From Eledone cirrhosa (taxonomy: Eukaryota), in contig OZ024740.1 in NCBI GenBank assembly GCA_964016885.1, positions 412,610,001 to 412,674,000 of the forward strand: a stretch of 64,000 nucleotides of DNA, in the 5' to 3' direction. Under the pieces are notes generated by a model that had not been told where the DNA came from, did not search any database, and saw nothing but the letters and a program-made list of their open reading frames with translations. Below, in pieces: positions 42,301 through 57,403 of the stretch; position 1 is the first letter of the stretch; each line of letters begins with the position of its first letter. The position numbers and the translations under genes were made by a program.

Positions 42301-45300
42301 GTAGAAAATGTAGTGTGTATGGAGTTATGTATATGTGTGCTGAAGCTGTAGTGTGTATGGAGTTATGTATATGTGTGTAGAAAGTGTAGTGTGTATGGAG
42401 TTATGTATATGTGTGCAGAAGCTGTAGTGTGTATGGAGTTATGTATATGTGTGTAGAAAGTGTAGTGTGTATGGAGTTATGTACATGTGTGCAGAAGGTG
42501 TAGTGTGTATGGAGTTATGTATATGTGTGTAGAAGGTGTAGTGTGTATGGAATTATCTGTATGTGTGTAGAAGGTGTAGTGTGTATGGAGTTATGTATAT
42601 GTGTGTAGAAGGTATAGTGTGTATGGAGTTATGTGTATATGTGTAGGTGTAGTGTGTATGGAGTTATATATATGTGTGTAGGTGTAGTGTGTATGGAGTT
42701 ATGTGTATGTGTGTTGAAGGTGTAGTATGCATGGAGTTATGTATATGTGTGTAGAAGGTGTAGTGTGTATGGAGTTATATACATGTGTGCAGAAGGTGTA
42801 GTGTGTATGGAGTTATGTATATGTGTGTAGAAGGTGTAGTGTATATGGAGTTATGTATATGTGTGTAGAAAATGTAGTGTGTATGGAGTTATGTATATGT
42901 GTGTAGAAGTTGTATTGTGTATGGAGTTATGTCTATGTGTGTAGAAGGTGTAGTGTGTATGGAGTTATGTATATGTGTGTAGAAGGTGTAGTGTGTATGG
43001 AATTATGTATATGTGTGTAGAAGGTGTAGTGTGTATGGAGTTATGTATATGTGTGTAGAAGGTGTAGTGTGTATGGAGTTATGTATATGTGTGTAGAAGG
43101 TGTAGTGTGTATGGAGTTATGTATATGTGTGTAGAAGGTGTAGTGCGTATGGAGTTATGTATATGTGTGTAGGTTTAGTGTGTATGGAATAATGTATATG
43201 TGTGTAGGTGTAGTGTGTATGGAGTTATGTGTATGTGTGTAGAAGGTGTAGTGTGTATGGAGTTATTTATATGTGTGTAGGTGTAGTGTGTATGGTGTTA
43301 TGTATATGCGTGTAGAAGGTGTAAATTGTATGGGGTTATGTGTATGTGTGTAGGTGTAGTGTGTATGGAGTTATGTGTATGTGTGTAGAAGGTGTAGTGT
43401 GTATGGAGTTATGTATATGTGTGTAGAAGGTGTAAATTGTATGGGGTTATGTGTATGTGTGTAGAAGGTGTAGTGTGTATGGAGTTATGTATATGTGTGT
43501 AGGTGTAGTGTGTATGGAGTTATGTATATGTGTGTAGAAAGTGTAGTGTGTATGGAGTTAGGTATATGTGTGTAGAAGGTGTAGTGTGTATGGAGTTATG
43601 TATATGTGTGTAGAAAGTGTAGTGTGTATGGAATTATGTATATGTGTGTAGAAGGTGTAGTGTGTATGGAGTTATGTATATGTGTGTAGAAGGTGTAGTG
43701 TGTATGGAGTTATGTATATGTGTGTAGAAGGTGTAGTGTGTATGGAGTTATGTATATGTGTGTAGAAGGTGTAGTGTGTATGGAGTTATGTATATGTGTG
43801 TAGAAAGTGTAGTGTGTATGGAATTATGTATATGTGTGTAGAAGGTGTAGTGTGTATGGAGTTATGTATATGTGTGTAGAAAGTGTAGTGTGTATGGAGT
43901 TAGGTATATGTGTGTAGAAGGTGTAGTGTGTATGGAGTTTTGTATATGTGTGTATGTGTAGTGTGTATGGAGTTATGTATATGTGTGTAGTAGGTGTAGT
44001 GTGTATAGAGTTATGTATATGTGTGTAGAAGTTGTAGTGTGTATGGAGTTATGTATATGTGTGTAGAAAGTGTAGTGTGTATGGAGTTATGTATATGTGT
44101 GTACAAGCTGTAGTGTGTATGGAGTTATGTATATGTGTGTAGAAAGTGTAGTGTGTATGGAGTTATGTATATGTGTGCAGAAGGTGTAGTGTGTATGGAG
44201 TTATGTATATGTGTGTAGAAGGTGTAGTGTGTATGGAATTATGTGTATGTGTGTAGAAGGTGTATGTGTATGGAGTTATGTATATGTGTGTAGAAGGTAT
44301 AGTGTGTATGGAGTTATGTGTATGTGTGTAGATGTAGTGTGTATGGAGTTATGTATATGTGTGTAGGTGTAGTGTGTATGGAGTTATGTGTATGTGTGTT
44401 GAAGGTGTAGTATGCATGGAGTTATGTATATGTGTGTAGAAGGTGTAGTGTGTATGGAGTTATATACATGTGTGTAGAAGGTGTAGTGTGTATGGAGTTA
44501 TGTATATGTGTGTAGAAGGTGTAGTGTGTATGGAGTTATGTATATGTGTGTAGAAAGTGTAGTGTGTATGGAGTTATGTATATGTGTGTAGAAGTTGTAT
44601 TGTGTATGGAGTTATGTCTATGTGTGTAGAAGGTGTAGTGTGTATGGAGTTATGTATATGTGTGTAGAAGGTGTAGTGTGTATGGAGTTATGTATATGTG
44701 TGTAGAAGCTGTAGTGTGTATGGAGTTATGTATATGTGTGTAGAAGGTGTAGTGTGTATGGAGTTATGTATATGTGTGTAGAAGGTGTAGTGTGTATGGA
44801 GTTATGTATATGTGTGTAGAAGGTGTAGTGCGTATGGAGTTATGTATATGTGTGTAGGTTTAGTGTGTATGGAATAATGTATATGTGTGTAGGTGTAGTG
44901 TGTATGGAGTTATGTGTATGTGTGTAGAAGGTGTAGTGTGTATGGAGTTATTCATATGTGTGTAGGTGTAGTGTGTATGGAGGTATGTATATCCGTGTAG
45001 AAGGTGTAAATTGTATGGGGTTATGTGTATGTGTGTAGGTATAGTGTGTATGGAGTTATGTGTATGTGTGTAGAAGGTGTAGTGTGTATGGAGTTATGTA
45101 TATGTGTGTAGAAGGTGTAAATTGAATGGGGTTATGTGTATGTGTGTAGAAGGTGTAGTGTGTAGGGAGTTATGTATATGTGTGTAGGTGTAGTGTGTAT
45201 GGAGTTATGTATATGTGTGTAGAAAGTGTAGTGTGTATGGAGTTAGGTATATGTGTGTAGAAGGTGTAGTGTGTATGGAGTTATGTATATGTGTGTAGAA

Positions 45301-48300
45301 AGTGTAGTGTGTATGGAATTATGTATATGTGTGTAGAAGGTGTAGTGTGTATGGAGTTATGTATATGTGTGTAGAAGGTGTAGTGTGTATGGAGTTATAT
45401 ATATGTGTGTAGAAGGTGTAGTGTGTATGGAGTTATATACATGTGTGTAGAAGGTGTAGTGTGTATGGAGTTATGTATATGTGTGTAGAAGTTGTAGTGT
45501 GTATGGAGTTATGTATATGTGTGTAGAAAGTGAGAGTGTGTATGGAGTTATGTATATGTGTGTAGAAGTTGTATTGTGTATGGAGTTATGTCTATGTGTG
45601 TAGAAGGTGTAGTGTGTATGGAGTTATGTATATGTGTGTAGAAGGTGTAGTGTGTATGGAATTATGTATATGTGTGTAGAAGGTGTAGTGTGTATGGAGT
45701 TATGTATATGTGTGTAGAAGGTGTAGTGTGTATGGAGTTATGTATATGTGTGTAGAAGGTGTAGTGTGTATGGAGTTATGTTTATGTGTGTAGAAGGTGT
45801 AGAGTGTATGGAGTTATGTATATGTGTGTAGAAGGTGTAGTACGTATGGAGTTATATATATGTGTGTAGGTTTAGTGTGTATGGAATAATGTATATGTGT
45901 GTAGGTGTAGTGTGTATGGAGTTATGTGTATGTGTGTAGAAGGTGTAGTGTGTATGGAGTTATTTATATGTGTGTAGGTGTAGTGTGTATTGATTTATGT
46001 ATATGCGTGTAGAAGGTGTAAATTGTATGGGGTTATGTGTATGTGTGTAGGTGTAGTGTGTATGGAGTTATGTGTATGTGTGTAGAAGGTGTAGTGTGTA
46101 TGGAGTTATGTATATGTGTGTAGAAGGTGTAAATTGTATGGGGTTATGTGTATGTGTGTAGAAGGTGTAGTGTGTATGGAGTTATGTATATGTGTGTAGG
46201 TGTAGTGTGTATGGAGTTATGTATATGTGTGTAGAAATTGTAGTGTGTATGGAGTTAGGTATATGTGTGTAGAAGGTGTAGTGTGTATGGAGTTATGTAT
46301 ATGTGTGTAGAAAGTGTAGTGTGTATGGAATTATGTATATGTGTGTAGAAGGTGTAGTGTGTATAGAGTTATGTATATGTGTGTAGAAGGTGTAGTGTGT
46401 ATGGAGTTATATATATGTGTGTAGAAGGTGTAGTGTGTATGGAGTTATGTATATGTGTGTAGAAAGTGTAGTGTGTATGGAGTTATGTATATGTGTGTAG
46501 AAGGCGTAATGTGTATGGAGTTATGTATATGTGTGTAGAAGGTGTAGTGTGTATGGAGTTATGTATATGTGTGTAGGTGTTGTGTGTATTGGGTTGTGTA
46601 TATGTGTGTAGAAAGTGTAGTGTGTATGGAGTTATGTATATGTGTGTAGAAGGTGTAGTGTGTATGGAGTTATGTATATGTGTGTAGAAAGTGTAGTGTG
46701 TATGGAATTATGTATATGTGTGTAGAAGGTGTAGTGTGTATGGAGTTATGTATATGTGTGTAGAAAGTGTAGTGTGTATGGAGTTATGTATATGTGTGTA
46801 GAAGGTGTAGTGTGTATGGAGTTATGTATATGTGTGTATGTGTAGTGTGTATGGAGTTATGTATATGTGTGTTGTAGGTGTAGTGTGTATGGAGTTATGT
46901 ATATGTGTGTAGAAGTTGTAGTGTGTATGGAGTTATGTATATGTGTGTAGGTGTAGTGTGTATGGAGTTATGTATATGTGTGTAGAAAGTGTAGTGTGTA
47001 TGGAGTTATGTATATGTGTGTACAAGCTGTAGTGTGTATGGAGTTATGTATATGTGTGTAGAAAGTGTAGTGTGTATGGAGTTATGTATATGTGTGCAGA
47101 AGGTGTAGTGTATATGGAGTTATGTATATGTGTGTAGAAGGTGTAGTGTGTATGGAATTATGTGTATGTGTGTAGAAGGTGTATGTGTATGGAGTTATGT
47201 ATATGTGTGTAGAAGGTATAGTGTGTATGGAGTTATGTGTATGTGTGTAGGTGTAGTGTGTATGGAGTTATGTATATGTGTGTAGGTGTAGTGTGTATGG
47301 AGTTATGTGTATGTGTGTTGAAGGTGTAGTATGCATGGAGTTATGTATATGTGTGTAGAAGGTGTAGTGTGTATGGAGTTATATACATGTGTGTAGAAGG
47401 TGTAGTGTGTATGGAGTTATGTATATGTGTGTAGAAGGTGTAGTGTGTATGGAGTTATGTATATGTGTGTAGAAAGTGTAGTGTGTATGGAGTTATGTAT
47501 ATCTGTGTAGAAGTTGTATTGTGTATGGAGTTATGTCTATGTGTGTAGAAGGTGTAGTGTGTATGGAGTTATGTATATGTGTGTAGAAGGTGTAGTGTGT
47601 ATGGAATTATGTATATGTGTGTAGAAGGTGTAGTGTGTATGGAGTTATGTATATGTGTGTAGAAGCTGTAGTGTGTATGGAGTAATGTATATGTGTGTAG
47701 AAGGTGTAGTGTGTAGGGAGTTATGTATATGTGTGTAGACGGTGTAGTGTGTATGGAGTTATGTATATGTGTGTAGAAGGTGTAGTGCGTATGGAGTTAA
47801 GTATATGTGTGTAGGTTTAGTGTGTATGGAATAATGTATATGTGTGTAGGTGTAGTGTGTATGGAGTTATGTGTATGTGTGTAGAAGGTGTAGTGTGTAT
47901 GGAGTTATTTATATGTGTGTAGGTGTAGTGTGTATGGAGTTATGTATATCCGTGTAGAAGGTGTAAATTGTATGGGGTTATGTGTATGTGTGTAGGTATA
48001 GTGTGTATGGAGTTATGTGTATGTGTGTAGAAGGTGTAGTGTGTATGGAGTTATGTATATGTGTGTAGAAGGTGTAAATTGTATGGGGTTATGTGTATGT
48101 GTGTAGAAGGTGTAGTGTGTAGGGAGTTATGTATATGTGTGTAGGTGTAGTGTGTATGGAGTTATGTATATGTGTGTAGAAAGTGTAGTGTGTATGGAGT
48201 TATGTATATCTGTGTAGAAGGTGTAGTGTGTATGGAGTTATATATATGTGTGTAGAAGGTGTAGTGTGTATGGAGTTATGTATATGTGTGTAGAAAGTGT

Positions 48301-48749
48301 AGTGTGTATGGAGTTATGTATATGTGTGTAGAAGGCGTAATGTGTATGGAGTTATGTATATGTGTGTAGAAGGTGTAGTGTGTATGGAGTCATGTATATG
48401 TGTGTAGGTGTTGTGTGTATTGGGTTGTGTATATGTGTGTAGAAAGTGTAGTGTGTATGGAGTTATGTATATGTGTGTAGAAGGTGTAGTGTGTATGGAG
48501 TTATGTATATGTGTGTAGAAAGTGTAGTGTGTATGGAATTATGTATATGTGTGTAGAAGGTGTAGTGTGTATGGAGTTATGTATATGTGTGTATGTGTAG
48601 TGTGTATGGAGTTATGTATATGTGTGTAGTAGGTGTAGTGTGTATGGAGTTATGTATATGTGTGTAGAAGTTGTAGTGTGTATGGCGTTATGTATATGTG
48701 TGTAGAAAGTGTAGTGTGTATGGAGTTATGTATATGTGTGTACAAGGTG

Positions 48750-51700
48750 TAGTGTGTATGGAGTTATGTATATGTGTGTAGAAAGTGTAGTGTGTATGGA
48801 GTTATGTATATGTGTGCAGAAGGTGTAGTGTGTATGGAGTTATGTATATGTGTGTAGAAGGTGTAGTGTGTATGGAATTATGTGTATGTGTGTAGAAGGT
48901 GTATGTGTATGGAGTTATATATATGTGTGTTGAAGGTATAGTGTGTATGGAGTTATGTGTATGTGTGTAGGTGTAGTGTGTATGGAGTTATGTATATGTG
49001 TGTAGGTGTAGTGTGTATGGAGTTATGTATATGTGTGTAGAAAGTATAGTGTGTATGGAGTTATGTATATGTGTGTAGAAGTTGTATTGTGTATGGAGTT
49101 ATGTCTATGTGTGTAGAAGGTGTAGTGTGTATGGAGTTATGTATATGTGTGTAGAAGGTGTAGTGTGTATGGAATTATGTATATGCGTGTAGAAGGTGTA
49201 GTGTGTATGGAGTTATGTATATGTGTGTAGAAGGTGTAGTGTGTATGGAGTTATGTATATGTGTGTAGAAGGTGTAGTGTGTATGGAGTTATGTATATGT
49301 GTGTAGAAGGTGTAGTGTGTATGGAGTTATGTATATGTGTGTAGAAGGTGTAGTGCGTATGGAGATATGTATATGTGTGTAGGTTTAGTGTGTATGGAAT
49401 AATGTATATGTGTGTAGGTGTAGTGTGTATGGAGTTATGTGTATGTGTGTAGAAGGTGTAGTGTGTATGGAGTTATGTATATGTGTGTAGAAGGTGTAAA
49501 TTGTATGGGGTTATGTGTATGTGTGTAGAAGGTGTAGTGTGTAGGGAGTTATGTATATGTGTGTAGGTGTAGTGTGTATGGAGTTATGTATATGTGTGTA
49601 GAAAGTGTAGTGTGTATGGAGTTAGGTATATGTGTGTAGAAGGTGTAGTGTGTATGGAGTTATGTATATGTGTGTAGAAAGTGTAGTGTGTATGGAATTA
49701 TGTATATGTGTGTAGAAGGTGTAGTGTGTATGGAGTTATGTATATGTGTGTATGTGTAGTGTGTATGGAGTTATGTATATGTGTGTAGTAGGTGTAGTGT
49801 GTATGGAGTTATGTATATGTGTGTAGAAGTTGTAGTGTGTATGGAGTTATGTATATGTGTGTAGAAAGTGTAGTGTGTATGGAGTTATGTATATGTGTGT
49901 ACAAGGTGTAGTGTGTATGGAGTTATGTATATGTGTGTAGAAAGTGTAGTGTGTATGGAGTTATGTATATGTGTGCAGAAGGTGTAGTGTGTATGGAGTT
50001 ATGTATATGTGTGTAGAAGGTGTAGTGTGTATGGAATTATGTGTATGTGTGTAGAAGGTGTATGTGTATGGAGTTATCTATATGTGTGTTGAAGGTATAG
50101 TGTGTATGGAGTTATGTGTATGTGTGTAGGTGTAGTGTGTATGGAGTTATGTATATGTGTGTAGGTGTAGTGTGTATGGAGTTATGTATATGTGTGTAGA
50201 AAGTATAGTGTGTATGGAGTTATGTATATGTGTGTAGAAGTTGTATTGTGTATGGAGTTATGTCTATGTGTGTAGAAGGTGTAGTGTGTATTGAGTTATG
50301 TATATGTGTGTAGAAGGTGTAGTGTGTATGGAATTATGTATATGTGTGTAGAAGGTGTAGTGTGTATGGAGTTATGTATATGTGTGTAGAAGGTGTAGTG
50401 TGTATGGAGTTATGTATATGTGTGTAGAAGGTGTAGTGTGTATGGAGTTATGTATATGTGTGTAGAAAATGTAGTGTGTATGGAGTTATGTATATGTGTG
50501 CTGAAGCTGTAGTGTGTATGGAGTTATGTGTATATGTGTAGAAAGTGTAGTGTGTATGGAGTTATGTATATGTGTGCAGAAGGTGTAGTGTGTATGGAGT
50601 TATGTATATGTGTGTAGAAAGTGTAGTGTGTATGGAGTTATGTATATGTGTGTAGAAGGTGTAGTGTGTATGGAGTTATGTATATGTGTGTAGAAGGTGT
50701 AGTGTGTATGGAGTTATGTATATGTGTGTAGAAGGTGTAGTGTGTATGGAGTTATGTATATGTGTGTAGAAAGTGTAGTGTGTATGGAGTTATGTATATG
50801 TGTGCAGAAGGTGTAGTGTGTATGGAGTTATGTATATGTGTGTAGAAGGTGTAGTGTGTATGGAATTATCTGTATGTGTGTAGAAGGTGTAGTGTGTATG
50901 GAGTTATGTATATGTGTGTAGAAGGTATAGTGTGTATGGAGTTATGTGTATATGTGTAGGTGTAGTGTGTATGGAGTTATATATATGTGTGTAGGTGTAG
51001 TGTGTATGGAGTTATGTGTATGTGTGTTGAAGGTGTAGTATGCATGGAGTTATGTATATGTGTGTAGAAGGTGTAGTGTGTATGGAGTTATATACATGTG
51101 TGCAGAAGGTGTAGTGTGTATGGAGTTATGTATATGTGTGTAGAAGGTGTAGTGTATATGGAGTTATGTATATGTGTGTAGAAAATGTAGTGTGTATGGA
51201 GTTATGTATATGTGTGTAGAAGTTGTATTGTGTATGGAGTTATGTATATGTGTGTAGAAGGTGTAGTGTGTATGGAGTTATGTATATGTGTGTAGAAGGT
51301 GTAGTGTGTATGGAATTATGTATATGTGTGTAGAAGGTGTAGTGTGTATGGAGTTATGTATATGTGTGTAGAAGGTGTAGTGTGTATGGAGTTATGTATA
51401 TGTGTGTAGAAGGTGTAGTGTGTATGGAGTTATGTATATATGTGTAGAAGGTGTAGTGCGTATGGAGTTATGTATATGTGTGTAGGTTTAGTGTGTATGG
51501 AATAATGTATATGTGTGTAGGTGTAGTGTGTATGGAGTTATGTGTATGTGTGTAGAAGGTGTAGTGTGTATGGAGTTATTTATATGTGTGTAGGTGTAGT
51601 GTGTATGGTGTTATGTATATGCGTGTAGAAGGTGTAAATTGTATGGGGTTATGTGTATGTGTGTAGGTGTAGTGTGTATGGAGTTATGTGTATGTGTGTA

Positions 51701-54700
51701 GAAGGTGTAGTGTGTATGGAGTTATGTATATGTGTGTAGAAGGTGTAAATTGTATGGGGTTATGTGTATGTGTGTAGAAGGTGTAGTGTGTATGGAGTTA
51801 TGTATATGTGTGTAGGTGTAGTGTGTATGGAGTTATGTATATGTGTGTAGAAAGTGTAGTGTGTATGGAGTTAGGTATATGTGTGTAGAAGGTGTAGTGT
51901 GTATGGAGTTATGTATATGTGTGTAGAAAGTGTAGTGTGTATGGAATTATGTATATGTGTGTAGAAGGTGTAGTGTGTATGGAGTTATGTATATGTGTGT
52001 AGAAGGTGTAGTGTGTATGGAGTTATATATATGTGTGTAGAAGGTGTAGTGTGTATGGAGTTATGTATATGTGTGTAGAAAGTGTAGTGTGTATGGAGTT
52101 ATGTATATGTGTGTAGAAGGCGTAATGTGTATGGAGTTATGTATATGTGTGTATGTGTAGTGTGTATGGAGTTATGTATATGTGTGTAGTAGGTGTAGTG
52201 TGTATCGAGTTATGTATGTGTGTGTAGAAGTTGTAGTGTGTATGGAGTTATGTATATGTGTCTAGAAAGTGTAGTGTGTATGGAGTTATGTATATGTGTG
52301 TACAAGCTGTAGTGTGTATGGAGTTATGTATATGTGTGTAGAAAGTGTAGTGTGTATGGAGTTATGTATATGTTTGCAGAAGGTGTAGTGTGTATGGAGT
52401 TATGTATATGTGTGTAGAAGGTGTAGTGTGTATGGAATTATGTGTATGTGTGTAGAAGGTGTATGTGTATGGAGTTATGTATATGTGTGTAGAAGGTATA
52501 GTGTGTATGGAGTTATGTGTATGTGTGTAGATGTAGTGTGTATGGAGTTATGTATATGTGTGTAGGTGTAGTGTGTATGGAGTTATGTGTATGTGTGTTG
52601 AAGGTGTAGTATGCATGGAGTTATGTATATGTGTGTAGAAGGTGTAGTGTGTATGGAGTTATATACATGTGTGTAGAAGGTGTAGTGTGTATGGAGTTAT
52701 GTATATGTGTGTAGAAGGTGTAGTGTGTATGGAGTTATGTATATGTGTGTAGAAAGTGTAGTGTGTATGGAGTTATGTATATGTGTGTAGAAGTTGTATT
52801 GTGTATGGAGTTATGTCTATGTGTGTAGAAGGTGTAGTGTGTATGGAGTTATGTATATGTGTGTAGAAGGTGTAGTGTGTATGGAGTTATGTATATGTGT
52901 GTAGAAGCTGTAGTGTGTATGGAGTTATGTATATGTGTGTAGAAGGTGTAGTGTGTATGGAGTTATGTATATGTGTGTAGAAGGTGTAGTGTGTATGGAG
53001 TTATGTATATGTGTGTAGAAGGTGTAGTGCGTATGGAGTTATGTATATGTGTGTAGGTTTAGTGTGTATGGAATAATGTATATGTGTGTAGGTGTAGTGT
53101 GTATGGAGTTATGTGTATGTGTGTAGAAGGTGTAGTGTGTATGGAGTTATTTATATGTGTGTAGGTGTAGTGTGTATGGAGTTATGTATATCCGTGTAGA
53201 AGGTGTAAATTGTATGGGGTTATGTGTATGTGTGTAGGTATAGTGTGTATGGAGTTATGTGTATGTGTGTAGAAGGTGTAGTGTGTATGGAGTTATGTAT
53301 ATGTGTGTAGAAGGTGTAAATTGTATGGGGTTATGTGTATGTGTGTAGGAGGTGTAGTGTGTAGGGAGTTATGTATATGTGTGTAGGTGTAGTGTGTATG
53401 GAGTTATGTATATGTGTGTAGAAAGTGTAGTGTGTATGGAGTTAGGTATATGTGTGTAGAAGGTGTAGTGTGTATGGAGTTATGTATATGTGTGTAGAAA
53501 GTGTAGTGTGTATGGAATTATGTATATGTGTGTAGAAGGTGTAGTGTGTATCGAGTTATGTATATGTGTGTAGAAGGTGTAGTGTGTATGGAGTTATATA
53601 TATGTGTGTAGAAGGTGTAGTGTGTATGGAGTTATATACATGTGTGTAGAAGGTGTAGTGTGTATGGAGTTATGTATATGTGTGTAGAAGTTGTAGTGTG
53701 TATGGAGTTATGTATATGTGTGTAGAAAGTGTAGTGTGTATGGAGTTATGTATATGTGTGTAGAAGTTGTATTGTGTATGGAGTTATGTCTATGTGTGTA
53801 GAAGGTGTAGTGTGTATGGAGTTATGTATATGTGTGTAGAAGGTGTAGTGTGTATGGAATTATGTATATGTGTGTAGAAGGTGTAGTGTGTATGGAGTTA
53901 TGTATATGTGTGTAGAAGGTGTAGTGTGTATGGAGTTATGTATATGTGTGTAGAAGGTGTAGTGTGTATGGAGTTATGTATATGTGTGTAGAAGGTGTAG
54001 TGTGTATGGAGTTATGTATATGTGTGTAGAAGGTGTAGTACGTATGGAGTTATGTATATGTGTGTAGGTTTAGTGTGTATGGAATAATGTATATGTGTGT
54101 AGGTGTAGTGTGTATGGAGTTATGTGTATGTGTGTAGAAGGTGTAGTGTGTATGGAGTTATTTATATGTGTGTAGGTGTAGTGTGTATTGATTTATGTAT
54201 ATGCGTGTAGAAGGTGTAAATTGTATGGGGTTATGTGTATGTGTGTAGGTGTAGTGTGTATGGAGTTATGTGTATGTGTGTAGAAGGTGTAGTGTGTATG
54301 GAGTTATGTATATGTGTGTAGAAGGTGTAAATTGTATGGGGTTATGTGTATGTGTGTAGAAGGTGTAGTGTGTATGGAGTTATGTATATGTGTGTAGGTG
54401 TAGTGTGTATGGAGTTATGTATATGTGTGTAGAAATTGTAGTGTGTATGGAGTTAGGTATATGTGTGTAGAAGGTGTAGTGTGTATGGAGTTATGTATAT
54501 GTGTGTAGAAAGTGTAGTGTGTATGGAATTATGTATATGTGTGTAGAAGGTGTAGTGTGTATAGAGTTATGTATATGTGTGTAGAAGGTGTAGTGTGTAT
54601 GGAGTTATATATATGTGTGTAGAAGGTGTAGTGTGTATGGAGTTATGTATATGTGTGTAGAAAGTGTAGTGTGTATGGAGTTATGTATATGTGTGTAGAA

Positions 54701-55346
54701 GGCGTAATGTGTATGGAGTTATGTATATGTGTGTAGAAGGTGTAGTGTGTATGGAGTTATGTATATGTGTGTAGGTGTTGTGTGTATTGGGTTGTGTATA
54801 TGTGTGTAGAAAGTGTAGTGTGTATGGAGTTATGTATATGTGTGTAGAAGGTGTAGTGTGTATGGAGTTATGTATATGTGTGTAGAAAGTGTAGTGTGTA
54901 TGGAATTATGTATATGTGTGTAGAAGGTGTAGTGTGTATGGAGTTATGTATATGTGTGTAGAAAGTGTAGTGTGTATGGAGTTATGTATATGTGTGTAGA
55001 AGGTGTAGTGTGTATGGAGTTATGTATATGTGTGTATGTGTAGTGTGTATGGAGTTATGTATATGTGTGTTGTAGGTGTAGTGTGTATGGAGTTATGTAT
55101 ATGTGTGTAGAAGTTGTAGTGTGTATGGAGTTATGTATATGTGTGTAGAAAGTGTAGTGTGTATGGAGTTATGTATATGTGTGTACAAGCTGTAGTGTGT
55201 ATGGAGTTATGTATATGTGTGTAGAAAGTGTAGTGTGTATGGAGTTATGTATATGTGTGCAGAAGTTGTAGTGTGTATGGAGTTATGTATATGTGTGTAG
55301 AATGTGTAGTGTGTATGGAATTATGTGTATGTGTGTAGAAGGTGTA
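48750..55346. repeat. First copy of a near-identical ~6.6 kb segment (second copy at 57404-64000)
   Basis: The offset is a constant 8654 bp for the markers at 48817/57471, 49356/58010, 52206/60860, 52262/60916, 52377/61031, 53347/62001 and 53552/62206. Confidence 0.9.
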
Positions 55347-57403
55347 TGTGTATGGAGTTATGTATATGTGTGTAGAAGGTATAGTGTGTATGGAGTTATG
55401 TGTATGTGTGTAGGTGTAGTGTGTATGGAGTTATGTATATGTGTGTAGGTGTAGTGTGTATGGAGTTATGTGTATGTGTGTTGAAGGTGTAGTATGCATG
55501 GAGTTATGTATATGTGTGTAGAAGGTGTAGTGTGTATGGAGTTATGTATATGTGTGTAGAAAGTGTAGTGTGTATGGAGTTATGTATATGTGTGTAGAAG
55601 CTGTAGTGTGTATGGAGTTATGTATATGTGTGTAGAAGGTGTAGTGTGTAGGGAGTTATGTCTATGTGTGTAGAAGGTGTAGTGTGTATGGAGTTATGTA
55701 TATGTGTGTAGAAGGTGTAGTGTGTATGGAATTATGTATATGTGTGTAGAAGGTGTAGTGTGTATGGAGTTATGTATATGTGTGTAGAAGCTGTAGTGTG
55801 TATGGAGTTATGTATATGTGTGTAGAAGGTGTAGTGTGTAGGGAGTTATGTATATGTGTGTAGAAAGTGTAGTGTGTATGGAGTTATGTATATGTGTGTA
55901 GAAGGTGTAGTGCGTATGGAGTTATGTATATGTGTGTAGGTTTAGTGTGTATGGAATAATGTATATGTGTGTAGGTGTAGTGTGTATGGAGTTATGTGTA
56001 TGTGTGTAGAAGGTGTAGTGTGTATGGAGTTATTTATATGTGTGTAGGTGTAGTGTGTATGGAGTTATGTATATCCGTGTAGAAGGTGTAAATTGTATGG
56101 GGTTATGTGTATGTGTGTAGGTATAGTGTGTATGGAGTTATGTGTATGTGTGTAGAAGGTGTAGTGTGTATGGAGTTATGTATATGTGTGTAGAAGGTGT
56201 AAATTGTATGGGGTTATGTGTATGTGTGTAGAAGGTGTAGTGTGTAGGGAGTTATGTATATGTGTGTAGGTGTAGTGTGTATGGAGTTATGTATATGTGT
56301 GTAGAAAGTGTAGTGTGTATGGAGTTAGGTATATGTGTGTAGAAGGTGTAGTGTGTATGGAGTTATGTATATGTGTGTAGAAAGTGTAGTGTGTATGGAA
56401 TTATGTATATGTGTGTAGAAGGTGTATTGTGTATGGAGTTATGTATATGTGTGTAGAAGGTGTAGTGTGTATGGAGTTATATATATGTGTGTAGAAGGTG
56501 TAGTGTGTATGGAGTTATATACATGTGTGTAGAAGGTGTAGTCTGTATGGAGTTATGTATATGTGTGTAGAAGGTGTAGTGTGTATGGCGTTATGTATAT
56601 GTGTGTAGAAAGTGTAGTGTGTATGGAATTATGTATATGTGTGTAGAAGGTGTAGTGTGTATGGAGTTATGTATATCTGTGTAGAAGGTGTAGTGCGTAT
56701 GGAGTTATATATATGTGTGTAGAAGGTGTAGTGTGTATGGAGTTATGTATATGTGTGTAGAAAGTGTAGTGTGTATGGAGTTATGTATATGTGTGTAGAA
56801 GGCGTAATGTGTATGGAGTTATGTATATGTGTGTAGAAGGTGTAGTGTGTATGGAGTCATGTATATGTGTGTAGGTGTTGTGTGTATTGGGTTGTGTATA
56901 TGTGTGTAGAAAGTGTAGTGTGTATGGAGTTATGTATATGTGTGTAGAAGGTGTAGTGTGTATGGAGTTATGTATATGTGTGTAAAAAGTGTAGTGTGTA
57001 TGGAATTATGTATATGTGTGTAGAAGGTGTAGTGTGTATGGAGTTATGTATATGTGTGTATGTGTAGTGTGTATGGAGTTATGTATATGTGTGTAGTAGG
57101 TGTAGTGTGTATGGAGTTATGTATATGTGTGTAGAAGTTGTAGTGTGTATGGAGTTATGTATATGTGTGTAGAAAGTGTAGTGTGTATGGAGTTATGTAT
57201 ATGTGTGTACAAGGTGTAGTGTGTATGGAGTTATGTATATGTGTGTAGAAAGTGTAGTGTGTATGGAATTATGTATATGTGTGTAGAAGGTGTAGTGTGT
57301 ATGGAGTTATGTATATGTGTGTATGTGTAGTGTGTATGGAGTTATGTATATGTGTGTAGTAGGTGTAGTGTGTATGGAGTTATGTATATGTGTGTAGAAG
57401 TTG